Source of the DNA: Lama glama
Taxonomy: Eukaryota
Assembly: GCA_028534125.1 (NCBI GenBank)
Contig: CM052816.1
Span: forward strand, 17,362,001 to 17,426,000
Direction of reading: 5' to 3'
DNA length: 64,000 bases
Every line of letters begins with the position of its first letter. The stretch's first letter is position 1. Below the pieces are notes generated by a model, which saw nothing but the letters and a program-made list of their open reading frames with translations, did not search any database and was not told where the DNA came from. The position numbers and the translations under genes were made by a program. This document shows positions 49,883 through 62,960 of this stretch, in pieces.

Positions 49883-49974
49883 TACAGAGAAAGTGTTATG
49901 GTGGTGCAACCACTGCAGAAGGGGAGAGAATGAGGCTTCCTGTACCAAGTGGGGTCTGAGCTTTCCTCTCACCA

Positions 49975-51175
49975 CCTTCATTGCCATCTCCTGGTTGCCA
50001 TCAGCTCTCTCCTAGAATGATATAGGAACCTCTAACTGACCCCTTTGCTTCTACCTGGCTACCTATGTAGTCTGTTCTTAGTACACCATTTGGAGTGATC
50101 CTTTAAAAGCTTACGCATACTTATATCTGTCTTCTACTCATAGCCCAGACCGACTGCTTGCCTTTCCAGAGTCAAAGCCCAAGTTGCTGACATGGTTCAC
50201 AAGTTCCCCTGATATGGTCCTCCACTATCTCTCTGACCTCTTCTCCTACTTTCTCTCTCTCTCTTTTTTTTTTTTTTAACATTTTTTATTGACTTATAAT
50301 CATTTTACAATGTTGTGTCAAATTCCAGTGTTCAGCACCATTTTTCAGTCATTCATGGACATATACACACTCATTGTCACATTTTTTCCTCTGTGAGTTA
50401 TCATAACATTTTGTGTATATTTCCCTGTGCTATACAGTGTAATCTTGTTTATCTATTCTACAATTTTGAAATCCCGTCTATCCCTTCCCACCCTCCACCC
50501 CCGTGGTAACCACAAGTCTGTATTCTCTGTCTGTGAGTCTATTTCTGTCCTGCATTTACGCTTTGTTTTTGTTTGTTTGTTTGTTTTTGTTTTTGTTTTT
50601 TAGATTCCACATATGAGCGATCTCATATGGTATTTTTCTTTCTTTCTGGCTTACTTCACTTAGAATGACATTCTCCAGGAGCATCCATGTTGCTGCAAAT
50701 GGCATTATGTTGTCGGTGTTTATGGCTGAGTAGTATTTCATTGTATAAATATGCCACATCTTCTACTTTCTCTCTTCATCACACCACTGCACGCACTCTG
50801 ACTCCTGCTGGTCTACCAACACATCACACTCACTCTGCTCCCACGTGGGGCCTTTGTATGTATGGTTTCCTCTTCCGAAATGCTCTTCCCAGATATCATT
50901 TCCTCACTCTGTTCAGGCCTCTGTTCAAAGCCCTCGAGAGCAAGGCCTTCTCTGACTACAGAAACTAAGAGACTGCTTCCCTGTTCCCTCTCTACCAGAA
51001 CTTGCTTTATTTTTGCTATACTGCTCATTTGTTTATGTATTTATTGTGTCTTCCCCAAGTAGAATGTAAGTTCGTGAAGTCAGAGCTGACTTCTCCCATT
51101 CTGTTCACTGTTGTTACTCCTGTTGCCTAGGACAGTTCCCAACACATAGTAGGTCCTCATTAAATATTTGCTGAC
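49975..51175 (+). mobile_element. L2 3' region interrupted by an L1 insertion
   Basis: L2 terminus tagaatgtaagttcgtgaag...ctgttcactgttg...acacatagtaggtcctcattaaatatttgctga. Confidence 0.7.
50259..50762 (-). mobile_element. Relatively young 5'-truncated L1 with target-site duplication
   Basis: Poly-T head. Minus-strand [43 protein letters not shown] is the ORF2 tail. Duplication ctactttctctct at 50246-50258 and 50763-50775. Confidence 0.9.
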
Positions 51176-51624
51176 CTGGAGGATGAGTCAGAGTGACTTA
51201 GGAAGAAGAAAGGAGCTGGGATATGAGGTGGATAGGCCATTTATTGAACTGAGTGGTTTTTAACTCCCCCGTGTGTGGGTCTGGGTTTTGAACTAGCTGG
51301 TTGCAGATGCCCATTTTCATCCAATCATCTCTGAAGTAACACAACAAAATGGCAGTTTTGCAGATCAGAATGGACTGGAGTGTATGTGGAGGACAGTGAC
51401 AGCTCTGAGCAATCTGAGGTTGGAGGGGTGTCTGAAGATTGGTGGCACCAAAGCTTATTACCAGGCAGTGAAGATGGTTCCTGAGATCAAGATGAATTAT
51501 AGATGCTTCCCAGCACTATTGTGAAAGGCGCCTGGTTCTCTCATCCCAAGAACACCCCCTTCACCAAACCACTAACTGATCAAAAGCTCAAAATTTATAA
51601 AAGGCATCCCCAGCATAATGTATT

Positions 51625-51870
51625 ATTAATAACTGTCATTTATTGAGTGCTTCCCTTGTGCCTTGCTCAGTGCTGGGAGCTTTATAATGTTCTTTCCTAT
51701 AATCCTCTGAGATAAGTACTGTTGTCATCTCCATTTTACAGTTAAAAAAAAAAACAGGTGCTGAGAAAATTAATAAGTTGCCTAGGGCCATGGGGCTGGT
51801 AAGTGGCTAAGCTAGTAAATTTTAATTCCAGTCTGATGGAGTTGAAAACCCATGTTCTTGGCCACAATGT
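51625..51870 (-). mobile_element. MIR SINE
   Basis: catttattgagtgcttccc...ctccattttacagtt...aagttgcctagggcca. Confidence 0.65.
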
Positions 51871-52587
51871 ATATTCTCCAGATCAGCCACCTGCAACAAG
51901 TATTTTACCTCTGAGGGCAAGAACACATCCCTTTGGTTTCTGTACTTTTCTGCTTTCAGAAATGAGATTTGGGATGTTTCGGAAGCTGCAGGTGTGTGCT
52001 TACCCAACAGCTTTGATAGGACAAGGGCAGAAGGGGCCGTGGAGGCCTGGACACTGCTCTAACTGTATTAGCTATGATTTAATATATAGTATTGTCAAAA
52101 CTCAATTAGGGAAGTCATTAGGAGTGCAAAGGGCCAAGCAGATTAAGAAGGTAATGCTTTTTAGAATAAATATATTCTTGTCTAGGAAATGTGTTTTCTA
52201 TAATTATTTTGGGAGTCCAGGTTCCATAAGCTTTATTGAAGGGAGCCTGATATATTTTGGGCAGAGTTTGGAATAGCCCAGGTTTCCTTGGGGAAAGAGC
52301 AGGAGGTGTGTATTGAAGTGTAATGAGGAGTTTCTGTCATTCTTCTGTAGAGAATTAGGGAGCTGGATGTGAGGGTGTGTGAGCTTCAGAAAAAGAAATG
52401 CAGACCACAAGTGGTTATAGGTTTTCAGAGGGTTTACAGATATTGTTTGCAGTCCAGATAATAACAGAATTCCTCCTTTTGGAGGCTGGTGGTATTTTTA
52501 TGGGCAGCTGGGAGGGGGCTTAGCCCACAGAGACTGTTCTTGGCATCAAGGAACCAGATATTTTCAGAAGAAGCACTGGTGCAGTTT

Positions 52588-52687
52588 CTGGTTATATCAA
52601 GGGCAATGTTGTGAGACCTCTGGATTATGTTAAGGGATGGTTGTGTGACACCCCTAGGTTATATTATGGGCAATGCTGTGAGAACCC
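52588..52687. repeat. Degenerate ~33-bp tandem repeat, 3 copies
   Basis: ctggttatatcaagggcaatgttgtgagacct / ctggattatgttaagggatggttgtgtgacaccc / ctaggttatattatgggcaatgctgtgagaaccc. Confidence 0.75.
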
Positions 52688-53179
52688 TTAGTTCTCAGTA
52701 CACTGTGAAGCACTGTGGAAAGAGCTGGGGCATTTGAAGTTAGAGAACCGTTCATGGGGGCTGAGCATGTCTTAGGCCTGGTGTAAATCCCTCTACCTGT
52801 ATTATTCTATGATAACATCTCCCCTAGGGGTGGCCCTCAGAGTCTTGCCGATGATGGAGGGGAACCCTGGGAACACTGGAAAAGCTACGACTTTGTCCAG
52901 CTTTCAGACAGTTGCCTCTAAGCCTCTTTAAGACGAGAAAGAGTCTCAGGATTGTCATGAGGCTAAAAGGAGTTTTTGTAGGCTATGAAGTTAGTTGTCA
53001 ACAAGTTCAAGAAAGTAGGGGTTTGTGAAGAGAGGCATGATATTTTGGTCTCCGTTTCAGATCCTTCCTCTTTACTCTTGTGCTGGGGCTGTGCCCAGCC
53101 AGTCATGCAAATTCTAAGGTGAGCCTGGCCAGTTTAGGCTCATTAGCTTTATCAGGAAACCTGTTTTGTGGGGGAAACA

Positions 53180-53181
<2 letters not shown>

Positions 53182-53227
<46 letters not shown>
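53182..53227. repeat. (GT)23 microsatellite
   Basis: Direct reading. Confidence 0.97.
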
Positions 53228-53229
<2 letters not shown>

Positions 53230-54379
53230 CTAGAAGGCAGTTGGGAGGAGTCAAGGCCCGTGAGATTCTGTGAGGCTGTCGAACTGCCTCTACGTGGCAT
53301 AGGCACCCCATGGCAGGGGGAACCCTGTCTTACTTCTGAGCTGCTCACTTTCCCATTCCCTACCCCACTGTACACCCCAGACCTGGCTGTCCACTCTCCA
53401 GGTTCATCTTTACCTTTTCCTATATTTGGACTTGAGTTTGGTTCCTCCATTCAATGTCTTAATTGAGTTCCCCCTCTGAGTGAGTTTCCTTACTCCATTG
53501 GAATTTGTTTACTCTCAAAGAAAACTTCTCTAACATACCATTAATACTGCTTAACACTCACTTTATGGAGACAATGTCTCACTCCAAGGAAGAACTCCAA
53601 AGATGAGTACTGCAGTCACTGGGAAGGCCAACGGTCCAGATCAGGGGCTCCTGACCATGGAGAGAAAGATCTGGCTGGAATAGCCATGGGAACAGGAGGG
53701 AGGGAAAAAGAAAGTGGGAAGGAGGGAAGCTCCATTATGCAGGGAGCTGTGGGAGGTGACTGGAGAGAATACTACTGTGCAAGAGATGTTGGACTCTGTG
53801 TATGTATCACAAGCTAATTAAGAATAGATTAAGCTGCTTTGGTGTCAAAATAGCTGTGGGGAAAACAACCTTAATAGCAAGTTGCAGATGAAAGAAAATG
53901 AAATGGGAAAGAAACGAGGAGCATTTAAAAGAAAACAATCAAGCTGGAGGGAATGGAGAGAGAAGAATAAAGCAGAGCATTTAAAAAATTAAAGAAGTTG
54001 GCATGGGGTGCCATATGCATTTCTGATGAGCACTGGGGGAAGAGAGCCTCGTCCCACATTGCCTGAGCCTCAGTATTTGTCATATTCAAAGCCCCAAAGT
54101 TCCTAGGGGTCAGAAGACAGGAGAAGGGAGGTGGTGGAACTTTTGGGGCAGGAGGAGCAGCTTCAGGTGGCCAGGCTGTGCTCTGTCCCTTCTCAGTCTC
54201 AGCTTTGCTACTCCCTGTAATTCTGCCCCCTGTCTTCCTCTTTTTATTCTTTGCAGTGAGACCCTGCTCCTTCCATCCCTCTCAGGGCTTTCATCACCAT
54301 CCCTTAGGGCATGAGTCTCAAATCTGGGTTCCCATTCCAGATGGATTTCTTGAGTTGTCTCGCTGCTACCCACCCCATC

Positions 54380-55750
54380 CTGCATGATCTCACCTCACAC
54401 GTCTGAAATGTACTCCCTCCTCTCCCTAGGATGCCCATACATGCTTCTCCTCCAAATTTCCCCATCCCAGCGATGGCACCACCATCCACCCAGTCTCTTG
54501 AGCCAGAGCACTGGGAATCTTTCTTGACTCTCCCCTCTCCTATCAGTTACTGCTTTCACTTGATTCCACCTTCTACATATATCTCAAATCAGCTCAGCAT
54601 TTCTCTTCACCTCACTGCCACTCTCTTGTTCATCACTTACCTATACAATTGCAGTGGCCCAAAGAATTGTTCTGATCCATTCTCCCCACTCCCCAATCCT
54701 CTCCCCACATGGCAGCCTAAATGCTCCTTCCATAACCAATCTAATCACATCACTCTCCTTCCTCAAAACCTTCAGTTCTCCTTCTCTGTTCCGGTTATTT
54801 ATTGCTGCATGAAAATACTACTCCAAAATTTAGTAGTTTAAAACAACAGCCATTTTATTATATCTCATAAATTGTGGGTCAGGAATTCAGGCAGGGCTCA
54901 GCTGGGTAATTCTTCTGGTTCTAGGGGGCATCCACAGAGGTCATTTGGTCATATTCAGCTGGTAATGGGCTAGTCTACAGTGCAGGATGGCTTCACTCCC
55001 ATATATGGCACTTTAGTGGAGAGGGCCAAAAGACTGGGCTTAGCTGGGTCTGTCATCTAGAGCATCTACATGTGGCCCCTCTAGCATAGTGGTCTTAGGG
55101 TAGTTGGTCTTCCATGGTGGCTCATGGCTCCAAGAGTGAGAGTTCCAATGAAGAAGGTGGAAGCTGCATGGTGTTTCATGGCTCAGCCTCAAGTCATATG
55201 CCATCATTTCCAGGTACTGTATAGGCTGAAGCAATTTCAAGCCTGCCAAGTTCCCAGGAGAATAGACAAAGGCCCTACATCTCAATGGGAGGGATGCAGC
55301 CATGCCTTTAGAGGATGGCTTTGGTATCATGGCCTCCTCTCTACTCAGCACTCCCTAACTCATTGTGTTTTATGCTCCAGGCTCCAGCCATCCTTAGCAA
55401 TTTATAACTCCTTGAGTAGTCTGAGCTCTCTTGCACTATTGGTTCCACCCTCTGTTTAGAGTGACCTTCTTACTTGTTCATCTGACAAATTCCTACTTCC
55501 CTTCAAGTCTTAGCTTGAGTGCTACTTCCTACAGGAGGATTTCCATGAATTTGTTAGTCTAGGTTAGGTGGTTTCCCATGTGGCCAAATAATACTCATTG
55601 CACAGTATTATGATTGCCTATATAACAGTCTACATCTTTCACCAAATTGAAGGTCATTAGAGCACAAGACTATGTCATGTTCATCTTTTATCTTTGGGCT
55701 CCAACACAAAACCTAGCATGTATTAATTGCCCCAAATATATTTATTGCAT
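54380..55750 (+). mobile_element. L2 fragment split by a MaLR LTR (MLT1E/F-like, ~54787-55320)
   Basis: L2-like flanks are atggcaccaccatccacccagtc and aacctagcatgtattaattgccccaaatatatttattg. The LTR begins tgttccggttatttattgctgcatgaaaatactactccaaaatttagtagtttaaaacaac. Confidence 0.65.
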
Positions 55751-58002
55751 TCCATACTCTCTCTGAGTCCCAGTTTCCTTATTTGTAAATTAGGAAAACA
55801 AATATTTTTGTCCAAAATGCTATTGTCTCACTCAGTTGCTTTCTTAGCATAAAATGGAAACAGATCCTGAAGTTAGAACTGGGCTCAGCAAGAAGGAAGA
55901 TTGTGATCCATTAGTGATGTCTGCCATGGGTGCAGCAGAGGGAAGAGGTAGCTTATATACTATGCATTTGACATACCTAGATTATGTCAACTTCAAATAT
56001 CTGTTCATAGCACTATCTACATCACATCTACCTAGACTCCTAGACTGAGAGCTGAAAGTTTCCCATGGGATCACTCAGTCCCGTATTCTCATTGCGTAGA
56101 TGAGAAAACTAACACCCAGAGGGAAAGTGATTCATCTGAAGTCAGAACCAGAATCCAGGGTGAGATCTAATATGATGAATTAATTTGCAGTTGTGTAAGC
56201 AGGGCAGGAATTGAGGTTTGGTATACAAGATAGTAAATGTTAACCCCAGCTCAGTGTTAATTCCCTCTCTTGTCAATTCTGAGATTTCAGACAACTTGGC
56301 AATAGAACAAACTGGATTTGTATTCTGTGCATACTTCATAGTTGTGTGTTCTTGAAAAAATTACTTGACTTTTCTAAACTTCAGTTTCCCTTCCTGTAAA
56401 ATGTGAGTAATAGTAATACCTACCACTATTGTGGCTTGCACCTGGGAACTGTCTCTAGACCACTGCCAGAGCAGAGACACTTTCAATCAGGATTTCTGTA
56501 AGGGAGAAAGGGAAGCTCATCTAACAGGCCAGATGCTTTATCAGATCTAAATAGCTTTGTCTTTGGGGAAGGGAGGGAAGAATGGTAAAAGTTAACAGAA
56601 AACAATTGATTTCAGATAAAATTTATATATATGTCTTTTTTCCTCAACCTATTAGGGGACAGTGTCAAAGTCCCCTGGGGTTTGGAAGTTTGTTCCTAAA
56701 TGCTGAACTGTAATGAATTAAGGTAAACTGATTTAAGTTTTAAAAATAAATAATTTGGGAAAAGTCAGTAGAGGGTGATTATTGCCGAGGCCGGTGCTGC
56801 AGTGAGGACTCAGGAAGCGGCAAGAGTGGTTTGTGCTGATCTAATTTCTGGAGGGCTAATCCATGAAGCTCTCCAGGCAACATGACAAATGCACTTCTAA
56901 TCATCTCCGTATTAAATTTAGTATCAAGGAGAGGGGCACTTCTCTCTCTTCAATTTCATAGGAATGTGATTAACACAGATCTGAAAAAAGTTAAGGGAAA
57001 CAATTTGATTTTAACTTCATAGTCTGTTTCAGAGCGAAAATTAAGATGTATTTGTAGGGTTTCCATGGATGAGTTCCCAGGGACTCTAACTTGTGATTGA
57101 ACCAAGTCCATCTTCTATTTTTACTTCCTCCCTTTCCCCTTTCCTGAAGGTTTAGTTCTGCTGAGAATGAAGCAAGGGGGAGAAAGAAATGAACCAGAGG
57201 AGTGCGAGGAGGATGGCAGGCTGGGGCTGGGCAGGAGAGGTGCTTTGACAACGTTGCATTGTGAAGGAGTTCAGGCTGGTGTAGACAGGGGAAATGAGCC
57301 CCTTGGTTGGCAATGAATCCTTTGTCACCATGAGAGTGGGCCCTCTGAATTTGGAACAAGCAATTTGAACACAACCAAGAAGGAACGTCCCTAAAAAATT
57401 GTAAATCTGGTGGTCAGCAGATGGCTTTTGTGCTGACATGTAGTAGGCTACAATTCCACTGACAGTCATCCAGGTTGGAGACAACTCCAAATCCTCTTCT
57501 TTCTCTGGACCCTCTCCCTCACTTTCCAACAACGTTTTAGATTCAAAGGTTAAGAATTTGAGAAGTTCTGTGGGCTTTCTGCACCTGGAAAGTTCTCTCC
57601 TAAGATTCTCTCCCTCAATTTAATAATTTTCAGGAATAGTGAAGGAAGATAAAGTGGAGGAGAGAAATGGAACTCCTCTGACTTTGACAATAAAGGCACC
57701 TGTAGCTTTCCTGTCTCACTTTGTGAAAATAGGCTTTGCTTTGCAGCCCTCAGCCCGTGGTGTCTGAGATTATTTTTTTTATAACAGAGATGCTTTTTTG
57801 GTGTTTGCTTAGAAATATATCTACTTCTTTTAGGGAGGGGCCTTCTCTGAACATGCTCTTACCTTTAGTCAGTAATTTAAGAAACACGGACCCTTGGTCT
57901 GGCTAAACATTAGAAGATGGTGTAATTAAAGGGATGTTTTTAATCGGGAAATTGACCCAGAGCCCAATTTAGCATCATCATCTAGGCCAGACAGGGCCAG
58001 GC

Positions 58003-58010
58003 TGACGTCA
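58003..58010. promoter_or_regulatory. Perfect CRE (TGACGTCA) inside the 12-bp palindrome GCTGACGTCAGC
   Basis: Direct reading. Function is not shown. Confidence 0.35.
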
Positions 58011-58669
58011 GCAGAAGTCTGGCTGCCTCAGGAGTTGGGCACAGAGCTTGCTTGATTAAGATGTTTCCTGGGAAATGGAATTAAGCCTAATGATTTCCAA
58101 TGGAAGGGACTGCTAATTGGGGAGGCAATGCTGCTTAATTGGGACACCTGCAGGTAATTAAAGGCTCCCTCCTGATGGCCTTCTCTGTACTGAAGACTCT
58201 GGGAGGATAAGACAATGTGGAGGATACAGGCATTCTCAGAACCTGTGCTGCATCTCTGCCTTGACCCTCTGTCCAAGGCCTTTCAACTAGGTCACCTTCC
58301 TACTCCTTGGCAAACAGTGCTTTGAGTGAGGTCTTCCATGGATTCTTAGGACCTTGAGTGAATTTAGGTATCTGGAGCTAAGCTGCTGCCTGGGAGTCTA
58401 GTGAGCTCCCTGGAGATGGGAGAAAAAGGGACTGAGGTAACATGGCAATGCCCAGGAGAGGCCCTGTGTTTTGATCTTGACATTCAGACCCCAGAGACCC
58501 ATGGGGGAAGGGAGCCCTGGCAGAAAATACTCTAGATTAAGAATTGGATAAACTGATTTCCGGATCCAAGTCTACTGCCAACAGGCATTGTGATTCACCT
58601 CTTTAGGCCTCAGTTTCTTCAACTGTAAAATGGGAATAGTTCTTTCTAATTATGGACAATGAAAAGATC

Positions 58670-59350
58670 CTTTCATTCTAGGTACTGGGTAAGGAACTGA
58701 AGAATGATGAAATTTTCAACTATATTCTAAGGAACTCAGTCTGGTGAGGTAGACAAACCTGTAAATCAATAGTTGCCTTTTGGTGTTACAGATCGTACTG
58801 TACAACGGGGGAGCAGATCAGTCATCAGAGAAGAATGGAGCAGGCTTCCGAGGCAGATAATGTTTAAGGGAGAATTTTGAGAGAAGAAGTTTTATGAACA
58901 GTTACAGCAGAGGGAGAGAGCATCGCAGGCCCAGAGAAGAGCAGATGCAAAGGTGCGGGCACGCAAACCCTGTGGTCCACCGGAGTCGTCACGGGTGGTG
59001 CGCCTCTGTTGAGTGGGAAGGATGTGCATTTGAAAGAGAAGAGTGAGGGGAACACGAGACATGGAAGGTCACAGGAGATGGATCGTGAGAGGCCATGGAC
59101 ACGTTACTCTAGGGGCTTGGTTGAGCTTTTTCCCATAGGCAGTGGATGACTGTTGAAGTGTGTTCAGTGTGGGAGTAACAGAGTCACAGCCGAGTTTGGG
59201 GAAAGTCCTCTGATAGAAGTGTGGTCCTGATGGGGGAGCTGGGTTGGAGAGACCAAGCTGGAGACAAGGAGACTGTGGTGACAGTCCAGAAGATGGGTGG
59301 CAAGTCCCTAAATTCAGGCAAAGCCAGTGGGATGTGAGAGGAGGGCCTGA
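58670..59350 (-). mobile_element. L2 LINE fragment
   Basis: ctaaggaactcagtctggtgaggtagaca...agaagagcagatgcaaagg...ggagactgtggtgacagtccagaagatgg. Confidence 0.6.
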
Positions 59351-62344
59351 CTGGAGTTTGTATCACAGACAGCTTTGTTTGCCGGTGTTTATGTTTTTCA
59401 GCTCCTGAGAACTCTGGAATCACAGCCTCATTCTGGCCCTAACTTCCCTTTTAGCCAAAGTCCTCTTGCTGACTCTTCTTTACCTGCTCTAACCCTTTGC
59501 TCTGCAGAGAGAGGCTCCCGGAACCTGACTTTCCAAAGGAGACTTTGGCCAGCCCTGGGACTCACCACTCGATGTCCTCAGACAAGGGGAATGAGATAGG
59601 ACGAGACTCTGGGGCCTCTGGCTTTCCCAGGAGGCTCAGGAAAGAGATCGCTGGCAACAGACGGGAACGCAGCCCGGCGCTTGAGTTGCAATGGGTTTGG
59701 AACAAACACTATATTGCAAAGCAGCCGAGATGGGGAAGTACAAAGGTGAGCTGGAGCTGGCGGTAATTGCAGCTTTCACAGTGGCTGTCATCTTCTGTTC
59801 TCTCCTTTCATACCTGGCAGTTTGGGTAGGCCCAGCATTCATGCCTCAGTGGATAAGGTAGGAGTCCATTTCCAATTTTTTGAAAAGTTGTTCCCCAGGG
59901 TTGGGTCACCTTAAAGGCTTGGTACAGGCTGTTGGGGCCAATGCAAACTCTTGGGACTAAAGCTATTACCTTCTAGATCTCGTCAAAAAGCATCTTCAGG
60001 GTTGAAGTTTTTTGAAGTGTTCATTTACGATTCTCTATAAAGTGCTTCTTTGAATAGCCTGTGTGCAGAGTGTGAGCTAATGGGGATGAGGTAAACTAGG
60101 CAGGGGGTTTTCTTGCTTTTCCATCTGAAGAAGCAGAGACCCATCCCTCCCCCTCTTAACTCTTACAGCACTCACTGTCTGAAACACCCCTTGGCAGAGA
60201 AGACCTTAGACTAAGATTGGAAAGTGTGTGTCTATGTGGAAAGTATTGCTTGGTACATTTTTAGAATTCTCATTCCTAAGTGAAACTCAGTCCCTTTCAA
60301 TTTGTTTTGTTTCCTTCTGAAGTCCTGAGTTAAAAGAACCCATTAGAGTAGGAGTCTGGAAGGGCCCTTCCTGTCTGGGAAACCACAGGCCGACCTGCCT
60401 TCTCTCCCAGCCTCTTGAAGTCAGGAGCTTGTGTTTTCCCCTGTGGCCTTCATGTGCCCAGGCAGTGAAGCACCTAGAATTTCTGTAGGACAAGCTTTTC
60501 CACTGACTGCGTGACACTGATTTCACCCATGGTACGGAAGAGTCTATTACCTTGGTCTATACTTGCTAGGTGAATGAATGAATTTTATACTTTATTCTGT
60601 GAAAGTGTTTTCCAAACGGAAAAGTAGGGACTGTGCTATTAAATTTATGCCCAGACATTTCCCTAAAACCATAGAAAGGGCTGTCCTACCTTAGCAAGTA
60701 GCTTCCTCTCGTGCCCACCTGGTCTGGCATAATCGGGCCTCTTTGGACTTCTGGGGCCCCTTCTTGCTTTGCTGTCTGTCCCCTTTGCTGGCTCTCTGTC
60801 AGCTGCACTGACCACCCATCACAGTCCCACCAGGGACACAGCACAGATTGTTCCTCTGACTGAGATGTTCCTTTTCTCCGCATCCAGCGAATTCTCACTC
60901 ACCCTTCAGTCAGGCCCTACGGAGGTCTTATCTGATCGCTAATTTGAATTAGGTTCCCTTTCTCCACCCCATCATCCACCCCACACTCTCACTTCACAGC
61001 CCTTATTAAAACTTGTTGGGCCACATCTGCATGTGAGATTATTGACTTAGTCTGTCTGCCTAGACTCTAAACTCCAGAGGGCAGGCACCTTGTCTGTTTT
61101 ATTCACCGCTCAACTCTGCAACACAGTGCTTGGCACCTACTAGGTGCCTAACTAATGTCTTTCGTGGAAATGAATGCCTGGTGTAAACTTTTAGCCCAGC
61201 ATGGCAGCTGAGGTGGCAGTGCTGGAAAGCATTAGCTGCAGCACAGTCTAGGTCTGGTCCATCCCAGAAACTAGGACTTTCCTGCCCTGTAGGGGCCATC
61301 AGAGTGGGGCCAGGAGGCGCACGCCAGGGCTGTGATATTTCTGACTCGACAGTAGTCCTGCTTTTGCTTCTCCCTTCCTCTTTGAGTCCTGACAGTGCCC
61401 CTGGTATTTTCTTCTGTTCCTGCAGGGTCGGGTGGTCTGATGGGCTGGGAGCCAGGGTGGGGAAGAAGGAGGGCAGCAATGGCATGGCCAGATTGGAGGC
61501 TGGCAGAGCTGTTCCCTTAGCCGGACATCTGATGATGAAATACCTGCAAGCCGGTTGTGCGAGGTTATTAATCTCAATTAAACCTGATTAGGATGTGATT
61601 GGATTTGGGCTGAGGCTGTCCAAGCCAAGCCCAGCCCACTTGCTAGTCCGCTCAAGGGCAGGCTTGTATGACACAGGCTGGCTTTCACATCAGAACAGAA
61701 AGAGAGCCTCTGGCACCTCTGGAAGGAGGCGTATCTGGGTGCCATGAAGAGTCAGGACCTGAGCCCCAGGGGGTTTCACAGATTGTGGGGGCCTGGCTGC
61801 TGCTGCCATCTTGGGAAGATGTGCCCTTCACTGTCGGGAGAGTGTCGTCACAATCCTGCGATTATTACCTTGAAAAAAGACACTTTTATTACTGAGGATG
61901 TATTGGGAGAGGACTTGGTGCTTTCTCAGTGTTGAGCCAGGGGAGCCAGTCGGCACGAGCAGCTTCCCAGCTCCTGCTGAGGGCCCGGTGGGTTCTTTAA
62001 CAGACAGGAGTGTTGGCCAGGCCTGGCAGGCTGCTCAGGGCTCCAGTTGTTGAAAATCACAGCTCAGCCGTTGTTATCATAGGGAACAATGAATGAGGTC
62101 ATTAGCATGTGGGCCAGACAGGCTGGGCCAATCATGAAACTGTTAATGCCGGCCTGGACTCAGAACTGCAGAAGCCTGGGGAGCCGTTAGCTACTGAGTG
62201 GTGGAAAAATGTCAGCAGTCATACCCCTGCCTGTGTGCCTAAATGTGCCTGGATGTGCAGGTGAAAGTCCAAAGTGATCTGGTAGATGTTGAAGGATAGA
62301 CATCTAAGCGTGTCTCTGTTCTCTGAGAACTGAAGATAAAACAA

Positions 62345-62960
62345 AATCCTTACACCGGAGAACAATGCATTGTAACTGACTATACTTCAATTAAAAAACA
62401 CAAGAACAAAATCCCTCTTACCTTTTAAACATACTCTTAAATAACATGTCATGTTTCATGTGTGTTATCTAAAATATAAAATTTACTTTGAAAAATTTTT
62501 TTTTTATTTTTAAATTTTTTTGTTGAAGTGTAGTTGACTTACAGTGTTAGTTTCAGGTGTACAGCAAAGTGATTCAGTTATACATATACATACATATATA
62601 TTTCCTTTTCAGATAAAAGTTACTTTTGTCAAAGTAATATATTCACAGATATAAAATACTTACAATAGAAGTTAGCAGTCAAATGCCCCTGCCCCACCCC
62701 CCCGTCCCTTTTCAGTTCTGTCCCCCAGTTGGTTGCTTTCCACATCTTTAATATTTCTTTGGGAATTTAATAGATAATGTGCTAATACTGCCATTTCTTT
62801 CTATTGGTTTATTTATAGTTGATGTACAATATTATATAAGTTACAGGTGTACAACATAGGGATTCACACATTTTTAAGGTTATCCTCCATTTATAGTTAT
62901 TATAAAATATTGGCTATAGTCTCTGTGTTGTACAATATACCATTGTAGCTTATTTATTTT
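62345..62960. mobile_element. Cluster of short L1 3'-end fragments (one +, two -)
   Basis: cattgtaactgactatacttcaattaaaaaa (+); tttttgttgaagtgtagttgacttacagtgttagtttcaggtgtacagc (-); atagttgatgtacaatattatataagttacaggtgtacaac (-). Confidence 0.7.

Noticed and set aside
52588..52687. CRISPR-like periodic repeat
   Set aside because: The context is mammalian, there are no unique spacers or cas genes, and the copies are adjacent and diverged.
58995..61325. CTCF-like motifs (gcgcctctgttga at ~59000, ggccaggaggcgc at ~61310)
   Set aside because: They miss core positions or spacing of the consensus and are too weak without a PWM scan.
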